A DNA stretch of 64,000 bases. It comes from a virus. Below, in pieces: positions 17,718-24,968 of this stretch (position 1 is its first letter; the number at the start of each line of letters is the position of its first letter). The notes beneath the pieces were generated by a model that saw only the letters and a program-made list of their open reading frames with translations, had not been told where the DNA came from and did no database searches. The stretch lies in IMG/VR virus record IMGVR_UViG_3300021092_000008. One strand, given 5' to 3'. The position numbers and the translations under genes were made by a program.

Positions 17718-17970
17718 TATAATCGTAGATTTCGATACACATCTTCATAACGGTAGAGTTTATCTAGTAGAACTAGAATTACCTTATCAAGATGAGAATG
17801 AAGAAGAATCATCTGTAATGAAAGTTGATTACTATGTCATCTCAAATAATTCCATTCAAGCAATGTATTTTGCTAATACTGACTATCCTGATGCTGTAGG
17901 AGTTTTTGTTCATGAAGATCCAATTACACCCGAACAATATGCTACCAGAGGGAACAGAGGTATATTATAG
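17707..17970 (+). CDS. Hypothetical protein
   Basis: ORF in operon. Confidence 0.6.
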   Translation: MTADIIVDFDTHLHNGRVYLVELELPYQDENEEESSVMKVDYYVISNNSIQAMYFANTDYPDAVGVFVHEDPITPEQYATRGNRGIL

Positions 17971-18130
17971 AGGCATGTTTGGTGTAGTCAAATTCACATG
18001 TGATGAATATATGACTGTATGTGTCCGCCATTTCCCTGATGATCCACGGCGAGATGTTTGTATGCTCGTCTATAAAAACCAATTAAATGAACTTGAACTT
18101 GTACGAGGTAACCATTCACACGAATCATGA
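17939..18130 (+). CDS. Hypothetical protein
   Basis: MLPEGTEVYYRGMFGVVKFTCDEYMTVCV. Confidence 0.6.
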   Translation: MLPEGTEVYYRGMFGVVKFTCDEYMTVCVRHFPDDPRRDVCMLVYKNQLNELELVRGNHSHES

Positions 18131-18303
18131 TGTTAAACGATAAATTTGATAATATGAATAATTTTGTCCTTGATCAAGTTGATAATCTCATGGATTGCTA
18201 TGATAATCCTGTAGTCCGTGAGCGTATCCTACGTGAGGCGGAAGATCAATTGTTTGAGGACAGTTTTGAAACTGTCCCCTGGGACCTCCTAGAGGACTTC
18301 TAA
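18127..18303 (+). CDS. Small acidic protein (58 aa, not in track)
   Basis: ATGA coupling; its C-terminal codons contain a module palindrome. Confidence 0.55.
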   Translation: MMLNDKFDNMNNFVLDQVDNLMDCYDNPVVRERILREAEDQLFEDSFETVPWDLLEDF

Positions 18304-18339
18304 ACCTCTATACTAACTACATACCAAACAACCCCACCA

Positions 18340-18693
18340 ATGACTGCTACCTTCGCCCAGTTTCAAGCAGAACAAGACGCTCGTAACACCATCCATCTCA
18401 ACATCGTCAAGTACGGTATGATGTTGTGTGATGCTCTCCAACAGACTGCTCCCGATGGTTATTTCTTCGCCCTTGAGTCTTCTGGTCGTAAGTATCATAA
18501 AGTCTTCATGTATATCGATGGTCGTCGTGACAGCATCCATGCTTTCATTGACAAGAAGACTGGTGATGTGTTCAAACCTGCTAGCATCAAAGCTCCTGCT
18601 AAGCATGTTCGTTTCAATGTGCTCTCTATTCCTTCCCGTGAAGAGATGTTCCGTCGTGCTAACTGGGCGGGTGGTTATCTTTACCTTCGCTGA
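18340..18693 (+). CDS. Conserved phage hypothetical protein
   Basis: GRKYHKV...SIHAFIDKKTGDVFKPAS.KAPAKHVRFN...WAGGYLY. Confidence 0.8.
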   Translation: MTATFAQFQAEQDARNTIHLNIVKYGMMLCDALQQTAPDGYFFALESSGRKYHKVFMYIDGRRDSIHAFIDKKTGDVFKPASIKAPAKHVRFNVLSIPSREEMFRRANWAGGYLYLR

Positions 18694-18732
18694 TTTCTGT
18701 GCTACAATCTTACTAAACACACAAGGAGAATC

Positions 18733-18972
18733 ATGTCCTACAACTTGATGTATGTTGTTATTCAAGATAAAGCACTCAGTATTGATGACTTCGGTCAACC
18801 TATTATCTGTAATCTTGTTCGTGATGAGCATGATTCTATGATTGAATGGGTTGATTGGGATTCTGCTGATGTCATTGATTGGTTAGATCTTTCCCCTACT
18901 ACAAATAAAATCTATCGTCAATGTATTGATCTCCTTCAAACTACAGAAACTAAAGCGTACTACGTCAAATGA
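18733..18972 (+). CDS. Hypothetical protein
   Basis: AAGGAG SD; extended -10 TGcTACAAT at about 18700. Confidence 0.65.
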   Translation: MSYNLMYVVIQDKALSIDDFGQPIICNLVRDEHDSMIEWVDWDSADVIDWLDLSPTTNKIYRQCIDLLQTTETKAYYVK

Positions 18973-19226
18973 CTAAACTCTCTAACCTCACAGTGTCTCA
19001 TATTCAGACACTCATGGAATCATTTCCACAACTCCAACCAGGAACACATACACTCCGTGTATTCCCACATACTCAAATTTCAGAAGCAGAATTAGCACTG
19101 TTCTGGAAATATCATGGTAACTTCCCACAAGAATTTACACAAGCAATTATTAATATCTTACCTAATAATGCTGAATTTATTTCCTATGATCATCTCCTGA
19201 ATAATGTTACTGTTATTCAAAAATGA
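18969..19226 (+). CDS. Hypothetical protein
   Basis: ATGA coupling. Confidence 0.6.
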   Translation: MTKLSNLTVSHIQTLMESFPQLQPGTHTLRVFPHTQISEAELALFWKYHGNFPQEFTQAIINILPNNAEFISYDHLLNNVTVIQK

Positions 19227-19420
19227 TACCAGCAGCTCTTACTATTCTTCAACTCTGCTTCAATCAATATTATATCTGTGAATCACCAGATCCTCCTCCA
19301 ATTGCATACTATCAAGAAGGCTATGCCTGTTATATCAATGGCACCTTTCATCAATCCTGTCCTAAACCAGATTACTTGACAAAACCTACCACAAAATCCT
19401 ATAATAGGAACAACTACTAA
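19223..19420 (+). CDS. Hypothetical Cys-containing protein
   Basis: ATGA coupling. Confidence 0.5.
   Translation: MIPAALTILQLCFNQYYICESPDPPPIAYYQEGYACYINGTFHQSCPKPDYLTKPTTKSYNRNNY
19376..19405 (+). promoter_or_regulatory. sigma70-type promoter TTGACA-N18-TATAAT
   Basis: Perfect hexamers just upstream of ORF 19420. Confidence 0.65.
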
Positions 19421-19650
19421 TGTACACCATGACCGAAGAGCAATCAGTATCAAAACAAGTGGATCATATCCTAGAAACTTATTTTGAACAGTTCTCTCAT
19501 CTCGTATCTAAAAATCGTAATGATGATGCTATTGCTATCGGTGATGAGGTACGTGAGTGGATGCGTAGTATTGAAACAGAAACTATTCTATACTTTAATA
19601 TTAAAGAACTACGCCAACAATATAGACAATTAAAAAAAGAAAATGGCTGA
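19420..19650 (+). CDS. Hypothetical protein
   Basis: ORF downstream of the promoter. Confidence 0.65.
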   Translation: MYTMTEEQSVSKQVDHILETYFEQFSHLVSKNRNDDAIAIGDEVREWMRSIETETILYFNIKELRQQYRQLKKENG

Positions 19651-20263
19651 TCCAGCAGCATTATACAATACTAAATTACCAAAAGATATTACTGACCTTA
19701 TCTCTATTCATTGTCAGTCATATCATAATCAATTAGAAGCATCAACAATTAAATCTAGTGGTGTAGTACATTCAAAAAGAGATTCTCTTAATGCTTGGAT
19801 TCCAGATGAAGATTGGATAGCAGGTTTTCTTTGGTATTATATCCAAAAAGCAAATTTTGCTAATTGGAGATTTGATATTACATCTATTGATAATTCCTCC
19901 TTACAATATACAGTCTATAATCCTGGTCAATTCTATCATTGGCATACTGATTCAGGATTACGTCGATTGTATCAATCAGAAAGATATCCTACTTCTCAAT
20001 CAGTTCATCTAAAAGATTACGTTATGCCATTAGCAGAATATACTCGTAAATTATCTTTCTCTCTTCAACTATCAGACTCAGATGAATATACAGGAGGACA
20101 ATTACAACTCATTGCTAATGATGATCTAAACCTTAATATAGCACCAGTAGAAAGAGGTACATTAATTATCTTTGATTCTCATCTACGTCATCGTGTTACT
20201 AAAGTTAAATCAGGTCAACGTAAATCTTTAGTCGGTTGGGTAGTAGGTCCAAGATGGAAATAG
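19643..20263 (+). CDS. 2OG-Fe(II) oxygenase (PKHD-type)
   Basis: LQYTVY..GQFYHWHTD...RKLSFSLQLS....YTGGQL...FDS...HRVTKVKSGQRKSLVGWVVGPRWK. Confidence 0.85.
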   Translation: MADPAALYNTKLPKDITDLISIHCQSYHNQLEASTIKSSGVVHSKRDSLNAWIPDEDWIAGFLWYYIQKANFANWRFDITSIDNSSLQYTVYNPGQFYHWHTDSGLRRLYQSERYPTSQSVHLKDYVMPLAEYTRKLSFSLQLSDSDEYTGGQLQLIANDDLNLNIAPVERGTLIIFDSHLRHRVTKVKSGQRKSLVGWVVGPRWK

Positions 20264-20330
20264 TTTTCCACAATTTCCACAGTTTCCGCAATTTCCACAG
20301 GTATTTAAAAATATATTAAAAAATATAGGT
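20264..20330. repeat. Four tandem 9-mers resembling DnaA boxes, plus an AT-rich tract
   Basis: TTTTCCACA ATTTCCACA GTTTCCGCA ATTTCCACA (20264-20299), then TATTTAAAAATATATTAAAAAATATA. Confidence 0.7.
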
Positions 20331-20379
20331 AGTGTGATCTATTGTACGGTAGAGTATGTAAATGGGCGGAGGTCTTGTT

Positions 20380-20408
20380 GTCTTAGCGCCCAACCCATCG
20401 AAAGTCAA
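20380..20408 (-). promoter_or_regulatory. Minus-strand promoter TTGACT-N17-TAAGAC
   Basis: Reverse complement of 20380-20408; the -10 lies 31 bp from the palindrome at 20417-20438. Confidence 0.5.
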
Positions 20409-20456
20409 GGAAGTATATGACAGTCCTCAAAGTGGCACAGAGACCCTCCGAGACCC

Positions 20457-20485
20457 TTGACAGATGCCTCTAAATGCCCTATACT
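20457..20485 (+). promoter_or_regulatory. sigma70-type promoter TTGACA-N17-TATACT
   Basis: Consensus hexamers and spacing. Confidence 0.7.
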
Positions 20486-20666
20486 GTATTTGTGATTGGT
20501 CATCACGAAATTAAATGGAAGCGAGATTGAGAGATTTCGAGGTTTTCCAAAATCTTCGAAATCTCAAAAATCTCAAAATCTCAAAAACTTAAAAAACTTA
20601 CTTTTTTAGTTTTTTAAGATTTTCAAAAAACTCAATTTTTAAATTTTAATGATTTTACTGAATTCA

Positions 20667-20921
20667 ATGATTACTAAAGAAGATCAAGGAGTAGTATATC
20701 AAGGATTTAATAGTACTGCTATTAAATCAGTTGGTATTATTGAGAATACTTGTACTGTAGTATTTAATTCTAGTGATAAAGAATATAATTACACAGTAAT
20801 TGATAATAATTTTGAAGAAAACCTTCAAAATACTATCAAAAATGGTGAAAGTGTTGGTAAATTTATCACTTCAGCAATCAAAAGTGAAAATATCCAACAA
20901 ATAAATACGATTGTACAGTAA
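20667..20921 (+). CDS. KTSC-like domain protein
   Basis: NSTAIKSVG....CTVVFNS...YNY...ESVGKFI resembles the KTSC pattern; alternative start at 20649. Confidence 0.55.
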   Translation: MITKEDQGVVYQGFNSTAIKSVGIIENTCTVVFNSSDKEYNYTVIDNNFEENLQNTIKNGESVGKFITSAIKSENIQQINTIVQ

Positions 20922-20953
20922 TTCTTAACAATTATCACTGTTTTATTCAAACA

Positions 20954-21118
20954 ATGACAAAAAACAACCGAAAGTATACCGAATCCTTCAAAGAAGTGAG
21001 CTTTGAAGATGAATATGAAGATTATGGTTATGAAGTTCAGAATGCCAAACGTTACTCAAGTCGAAGTAAACGTCAAGCAAAATTCAAAGACCACGATGAT
21101 ACATACGTAGACTATTGA
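20954..21118 (+). CDS. Small charged protein (54 aa, not in track)
   Basis: MTKNNRKYTESFKEVSFEDEYEDYGYEV...; followed by a terminator. Confidence 0.55.
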   Translation: MTKNNRKYTESFKEVSFEDEYEDYGYEVQNAKRYSSRSKRQAKFKDHDDTYVDY

Positions 21119-21132
21119 ATGTAAACTTTACC

Positions 21133-21155
21133 ACCCATCTTCGGATGGGTTTTTT
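21133..21155 (+). terminator. Intrinsic terminator with a UUCG tetraloop
   Basis: ACCCATC-TTCG-GATGGGT-TTTTT. Confidence 0.85.
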
Positions 21156-21270
21156 CATAGCATCAAATATCCCCTCGGTGGTATCACCCTAGGACAGTTT
21201 AAGAAGTGGCACAGAAGACCTCCCAGGGGTGTCTGGTGGTGATATATTACATGAGTCGTCAGGAATTCCA

Positions 21271-21447
21271 ATGAAGGACATTCGAATCGAGGTTCAAACT
21301 TACGATGGTTGTATCACCATCTGGTACGAACGTTCTAAGTTAAAGAATGCCTGTGATGTTATCTCCAAACGTGTATACAATCAGCTGTGTGGTTTGAATA
21401 TTAAAGAGATCGACGTGAGCGTTATCGGTGATCCTGTGACAGTCTGA
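21271..21447 (+). CDS. Small early protein (58 aa)
   Basis: MKDIRIEVQTYDG..., downstream of the module -10 at 21243. Confidence 0.65.
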   Translation: MKDIRIEVQTYDGCITIWYERSKLKNACDVISKRVYNQLCGLNIKEIDVSVIGDPVTV

Positions 21448-21519
21448 CAAGTGTCCACAGGGCATTGACTTCGCCCCCAACCCATGCCATACTATGTACA
21501 TCACTGAGGGATTCACCCC

Positions 21520-21846
21520 ATGAGAAAGATCGAACGTCTGATGAACGCTGCCATCACCGAGCAACGTGACTGGAAACTTGATAACACTGAAGTTGTCACT
21601 ATTGATGGTGTCAGTTCTGTATTTCTTCACGGCAATTGTATTGCTGAGGTTGGTGATACTTTTGTCCGACTGTTTGATGGTGGTTGGCAATCCAATACCA
21701 CCAAATCTCGTCTCAATGCTATCCTTCGGGAGCATGGTCGTGATGGTGAGTGTGTGTTTCAAAAGCAGTGGCATTGGTTCATTAATCTGAACACTGACCG
21801 AGGTATTGAAACTGTGCCTTTCCGTTCTTCTATGAAACTTGCTTGA
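21520..21846 (+). CDS. Conserved phage hypothetical protein
   Basis: MRKIE..MNAAI...LHGNCIA...DGGWQSNTTKSRLNAIL. Confidence 0.8.
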   Translation: MRKIERLMNAAITEQRDWKLDNTEVVTIDGVSSVFLHGNCIAEVGDTFVRLFDGGWQSNTTKSRLNAILREHGRDGECVFQKQWHWFINLNTDRGIETVPFRSSMKLA

Positions 21847-21961
21847 GTATGTCACATTACTCAACTCCTTACATTCCCAGTTTTATTGAATATTCAAATT
21901 TTACAAAAATATGGATTTTTTGGATTTTCAAAATTTTAAAAACTATTAAATCTCAATAATT

Positions 21962-22078
21962 ATGACTTTTACTGATTATCTAATTGAAGAGATTAACGAT
22001 GAAGAATTCTATGAAGATATAGAATTCGATGATAGTAGTGCTAACTACTATGATATAGATTATACTACTCAAGAGTAG
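21962..22078 (+). CDS. Very acidic peptide (38 aa, not in track)
   Basis: MTFTDYLIEEINDEEFYEDIEFDDSSANYYDIDYTTQE. Confidence 0.4.
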   Translation: MTFTDYLIEEINDEEFYEDIEFDDSSANYYDIDYTTQE

Positions 22079-22116
22079 TATATACAAACCCCACTGTTCT
22101 TTTGCTTTCTTTTACT

Positions 22117-22293
22117 ATGTCTACTTCACTGATGATTAAACTGCTGGATCGTACCGCTAATGGTAACGAACTGTTGAAAGTTCTTGATAGTTTTGTCGAG
22201 CAAGATCCTGTCGATCAGCATATGGAACTGATGACTGAAATGTATGACAAAATGAAGTCTAATCAGCCTACACTAGAAACCATCGATTTCTGA
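22117..22293 (+). CDS. Small hypothetical protein
   Basis: MSTSLMIKLLDRTANGNELLKVLDS. Confidence 0.6.
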   Translation: MSTSLMIKLLDRTANGNELLKVLDSFVEQDPVDQHMELMTEMYDKMKSNQPTLETIDF

Positions 22294-22379
22294 TATTAAT
22301 GTGCCAGATCAACAAGTGTCCACTGATTCCCCCATTGGTCACTTGTTGATGCCATACTACATCTGTTCCAAACGAAATC

Positions 22380-22505
22380 ATGCCTGACTTCTACACATTC
22401 ACTGGTGACGGTATTACCATTCTTGGTTTGGTTGGTATTATCTCAACTGGTATCATTGTTGCCACAGCGTTCACTCGTTATTTCAATTCACCCCTGAGAA
22501 AGTGA
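22380..22505 (+). CDS. Single-TM peptide (41 aa, not in track)
   Basis: MPDFYTFTGDGITILGLVGIISTGIIVATAFTRYFNSPLRK, after a module promoter. Confidence 0.6.
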   Translation: MPDFYTFTGDGITILGLVGIISTGIIVATAFTRYFNSPLRK

Positions 22506-22681
22506 TGACGTACAACGAACTCCTGCAACAGTTGCAACAACTCAACGAAGATCAACTCAATTCTGATGTTGCCGTCTACGATGAAGGCACCGATGAGTAT
22601 TATCAACTCAAAGTTGAGTTAGTGTTTGCAACTGATGAATGTCAGGTGCTTGATGTAGACCACCCTATCATTCGTTTCTGA
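22505..22681 (+). CDS. Small acidic protein (58 aa, not in track)
   Basis: MTYNELLQQLQQLNEDQLNSDVAVYD...; TGATG coupling at both ends. Confidence 0.65.
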   Translation: MTYNELLQQLQQLNEDQLNSDVAVYDEGTDEYYQLKVELVFATDECQVLDVDHPIIRF

Positions 22682-22881
22682 TGCAATTCCAAGTTACTTC
22701 CATTGAGTATGATTTCACTGGATCTGAGGATGAGATTACAGATGCTGAGATGAATGACATCATCGACGATACAGTAGGACACATCTGGGAGGCAGATGAT
22801 GAAGATGATCTCATTGAAGAGATCACTTCGTGGACAGGTTGGTGCATCAAATCCATTGATTATCGTCACATTCTGAACTGA
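22681..22881 (+). CDS. Small acidic protein
   Basis: FQVTSIEYDF...WEADDEDDLIEEIT..TGWCIKSIDY. Confidence 0.7.
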   Translation: MQFQVTSIEYDFTGSEDEITDAEMNDIIDDTVGHIWEADDEDDLIEEITSWTGWCIKSIDYRHILN

Positions 22882-22885
22882 AACC

Positions 22886-23134
22886 ATGACCAACAACGCT
22901 TACACTTGGACTGACAACTTCTCCGAACTTTGTGAGAAGTATGCTGAACATGTGATGGACAGCATGGACATGAAGACGATGGAACAATTCGTCTTCGATA
23001 CACTTTACGAGTGCTATTCTGCCTATGATGAAGAACAGTTGATCAATGAGATTCGTGAGTTGTATGGTGACGAAGTGCTGGAAGATTTTGGCATTGAACT
23101 TAAAGAAGGTCCAGATGATGTGACAGTTGACTAA
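22886..23134 (+). CDS. Small acidic protein
   Basis: YAEHVMDSMDMKTMEQFVFD; the stop falls inside a module palindrome. Confidence 0.7.
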   Translation: MTNNAYTWTDNFSELCEKYAEHVMDSMDMKTMEQFVFDTLYECYSAYDEEQLINEIRELYGDEVLEDFGIELKEGPDDVTVD

Positions 23135-23201
23135 GTGGTACACAGGGGGTTGAAATGCCCCCTGATCGATGCCATACTAACCACATCAACCACAAACACA
23201 G

Positions 23202-23375
23202 ATGTACTACAACCGCTACGACATGCTGACCGCCTTTACCACTGACGAGATGGCAGTGCTCTATGATCTGGTCTGCTCCCATCAGGGCTGCCAGATCCTC
23301 CCCGACTGGATGGATCAAAAGGTCTTCGACAGTGTACAGGAAAAAGTCAGCGACGCCTACCATGAGACCACATGA
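23202..23375 (+). CDS. Small early protein (57 aa, not in track)
   Basis: MYYNRYDMLTAFTTDEMAVLYDLV..., after a C/A-rich leader. Confidence 0.65.
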   Translation: MYYNRYDMLTAFTTDEMAVLYDLVCSHQGCQILPDWMDQKVFDSVQEKVSDAYHETT

Positions 23376-23482
23376 ATCACTACCTTGCCGCCGCTCTCCT
23401 GATGATCGTCGCCATCGGTTTCCCCATGATGTGTGCCGCCTTGGGCATGAAGGTCAACACCCGCAACGGATGGTGGGACTGA
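23372..23482 (+). CDS. Single-TM peptide (36 aa, not in track)
   Basis: MNHYLAAALLMIVAIGFPMMCAALGMKVNTRNGWWD; ATGA coupling. Confidence 0.55.
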   Translation: MNHYLAAALLMIVAIGFPMMCAALGMKVNTRNGWWD

Positions 23483-23544
23483 CCACCTGACTAAGTGGCA
23501 CATAGGGGGTTGAAATGCCCCCCGATCCATGCCATACTAACAGC

Positions 23545-23733
23545 ATGAACAACCTTAACCCCTCACTGATGGAACGCCGCTTCACCGTCTACGTTCCGTC
23601 TGACCCCTGGGAATCTATCGACTGCCAGACCTGGGCAGAGGCGCAGCGCCTGCTCGCCATCAAAGCAGACGAGTTCGTCTACGCTGAGATTCGGAAGGAT
23701 GGGGTGATCCTTGACGATCTCCAGATCCTGTGA
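23545..23733 (+). CDS. Small early protein, probably leaderless (62 aa)
   Basis: The ATG lies 6 nt after the -10 CATACT (23533-23538). Confidence 0.6.
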   Translation: MNNLNPSLMERRFTVYVPSDPWESIDCQTWAEAQRLLAIKADEFVYAEIRKDGVILDDLQIL

Positions 23734-23815
23734 CAGTGGAGGCACTGTCCACCAACTACCCCAAACCCCATCAGGGGCTGCCATACTAAGAGCATCAACC
23801 AAACGAACCAAACCT

Positions 23816-24013
23816 ATGTGGGATGAGATCCAAGACATGCCTGGCGAGATCTACGACGTGAACCCCTACGTCGCTCAGATCCTCTCCCAAGGCAAAGAGC
23901 CCAGCAAGGCACCCGCCCCCACGGCGACCTACCCTCGGGAAATCCACGGTCGAGTCTACCAGACCGAGGCAGAATACCGTGAGGACCTCCATGACTTTCT
24001 GAACGGTATGTGA
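23816..24013 (+). CDS. Small early protein (65 aa)
   Basis: MWDEIQDMPGEIYD..., after the leader CATCAACCAAACGAACCAAACCT. Confidence 0.7.
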   Translation: MWDEIQDMPGEIYDVNPYVAQILSQGKEPSKAPAPTATYPREIHGRVYQTEAEYREDLHDFLNGM

Positions 24014-24091
24014 CAGTGTAGGGGGTGTCCACAGATGCCCCCAAACCCCACCAGGGGCTGCCATACTATCAGCATCAACCAAACCAAACCA

Positions 24092-24265
24092 ATGAAGATC
24101 GAAGTTCGTTACCAGACCCCCTACAGCAGCCAGGAGTGGCGGTCACAGTGGTTCCCCACGCTGGCAGAGGCTGAGCGGATGGTGGACTTCTACCGCTCCT
24201 GTGGATCACCCGCCCATGTGGCACCTAGCAGTCTGGCACAGTTCGAGCACCTCGGGCGCTCCTGA
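24092..24265 (+). CDS. Small early protein (57 aa)
   Basis: MKIEVRYQTPY...EWRSQWFPTLAEAERMVDFYRSCGSPA. Confidence 0.7.
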   Translation: MKIEVRYQTPYSSQEWRSQWFPTLAEAERMVDFYRSCGSPAHVAPSSLAQFEHLGRS

Positions 24266-24303
24266 CCCTGTAGACTAACCACATCAACCAAACGACTCAA
24301 ACC

Positions 24304-24525
24304 ATGACGACCTACAACGGATGGGCAAACTGGGAGACCTGGAACGTCGCCCTGTGGATTCAGAACGATGAGCGGACCTACAACCTCGCTCAAAAGTTCA
24401 CCCGCTACAACGCTCTCATTCCCCACCTTGAGATGCTGTGGGGGCAGATGACCCCAGACGGTGCCCGTTGGATGGACGCTAAGATCGACACCGACGAACT
24501 GGACGAGATGCTGGACGATTTCTGA
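24304..24525 (+). CDS. Conserved phage hypothetical protein
   Basis: TYNGWANWETWNVALWIQNDE...TPDG. Confidence 0.75.
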   Translation: MTTYNGWANWETWNVALWIQNDERTYNLAQKFTRYNALIPHLEMLWGQMTPDGARWMDAKIDTDELDEMLDDF

Positions 24526-24597
24526 ACTGTCCACAGGGGGGCGCCTTCCCCCCTCCCCCGCCTCTATACTAAACACATCAACCAAACGAACCAGACC

Positions 24598-24774
24598 ATG
24601 CTCAAGACTCTCGCCATCCTCGCCCTCGGCGCCGCCTTCTATGCCCCCATCGCTACCGTGGGTGCTGCTGCCATCGACTTCGCTGCTGACACCGTTCAGG
24701 CAGTCAACCAACAGACCGCCGCCCGCTGTGCCACCTACAACAGTGTCCTCCCTGGCGCCTGTGAGATGCCCTGA
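24598..24774 (+). CDS. Small secreted or membrane protein (58 aa, not in track)
   Basis: Signal-like N-terminus MLKTLAILALGAAFYAPIA; Cys pair near the C-terminus. Confidence 0.65.
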   Translation: MLKTLAILALGAAFYAPIATVGAAAIDFAADTVQAVNQQTAARCATYNSVLPGACEMP

Positions 24775-24812
24775 GCGTCTAGACTAACCACATCAACCAA
24801 ACGACTTCAACC

Positions 24813-24968
24813 ATGGCAACCACTTCCTTCGCTTACGGCAACTCCTACTCCCAGTCCGACCGCTTCTATGAGGACTGTGAGCACGACGACCTGATGGACG
24901 CCGACGATTACGATGCCCGCCGCTTCCAGCGTGACGGTTGGGAAAGCGCCTGCTGGGATGGTCGCTGA
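24813..24968 (+). CDS. Small acidic protein (51 aa, not in track)
   Basis: MATTSFAYGNSYSQSDRFYEDCEHDDLMDADDYDARRFQRDGWESACWDGR. Confidence 0.65.
   Translation: MATTSFAYGNSYSQSDRFYEDCEHDDLMDADDYDARRFQRDGWESACWDGR

Noticed and set aside
15573-24952. The 22-bp box as a CRP (TGTGA-N6-TCACA) or NtcA (GTA-N8-TAC) site, or an integron attC
   Set aside because: Half-site sequence and spacing fit neither CRP nor NtcA. There are no GTTRRRY/RYYYAAC cores, and no integrase in the window.
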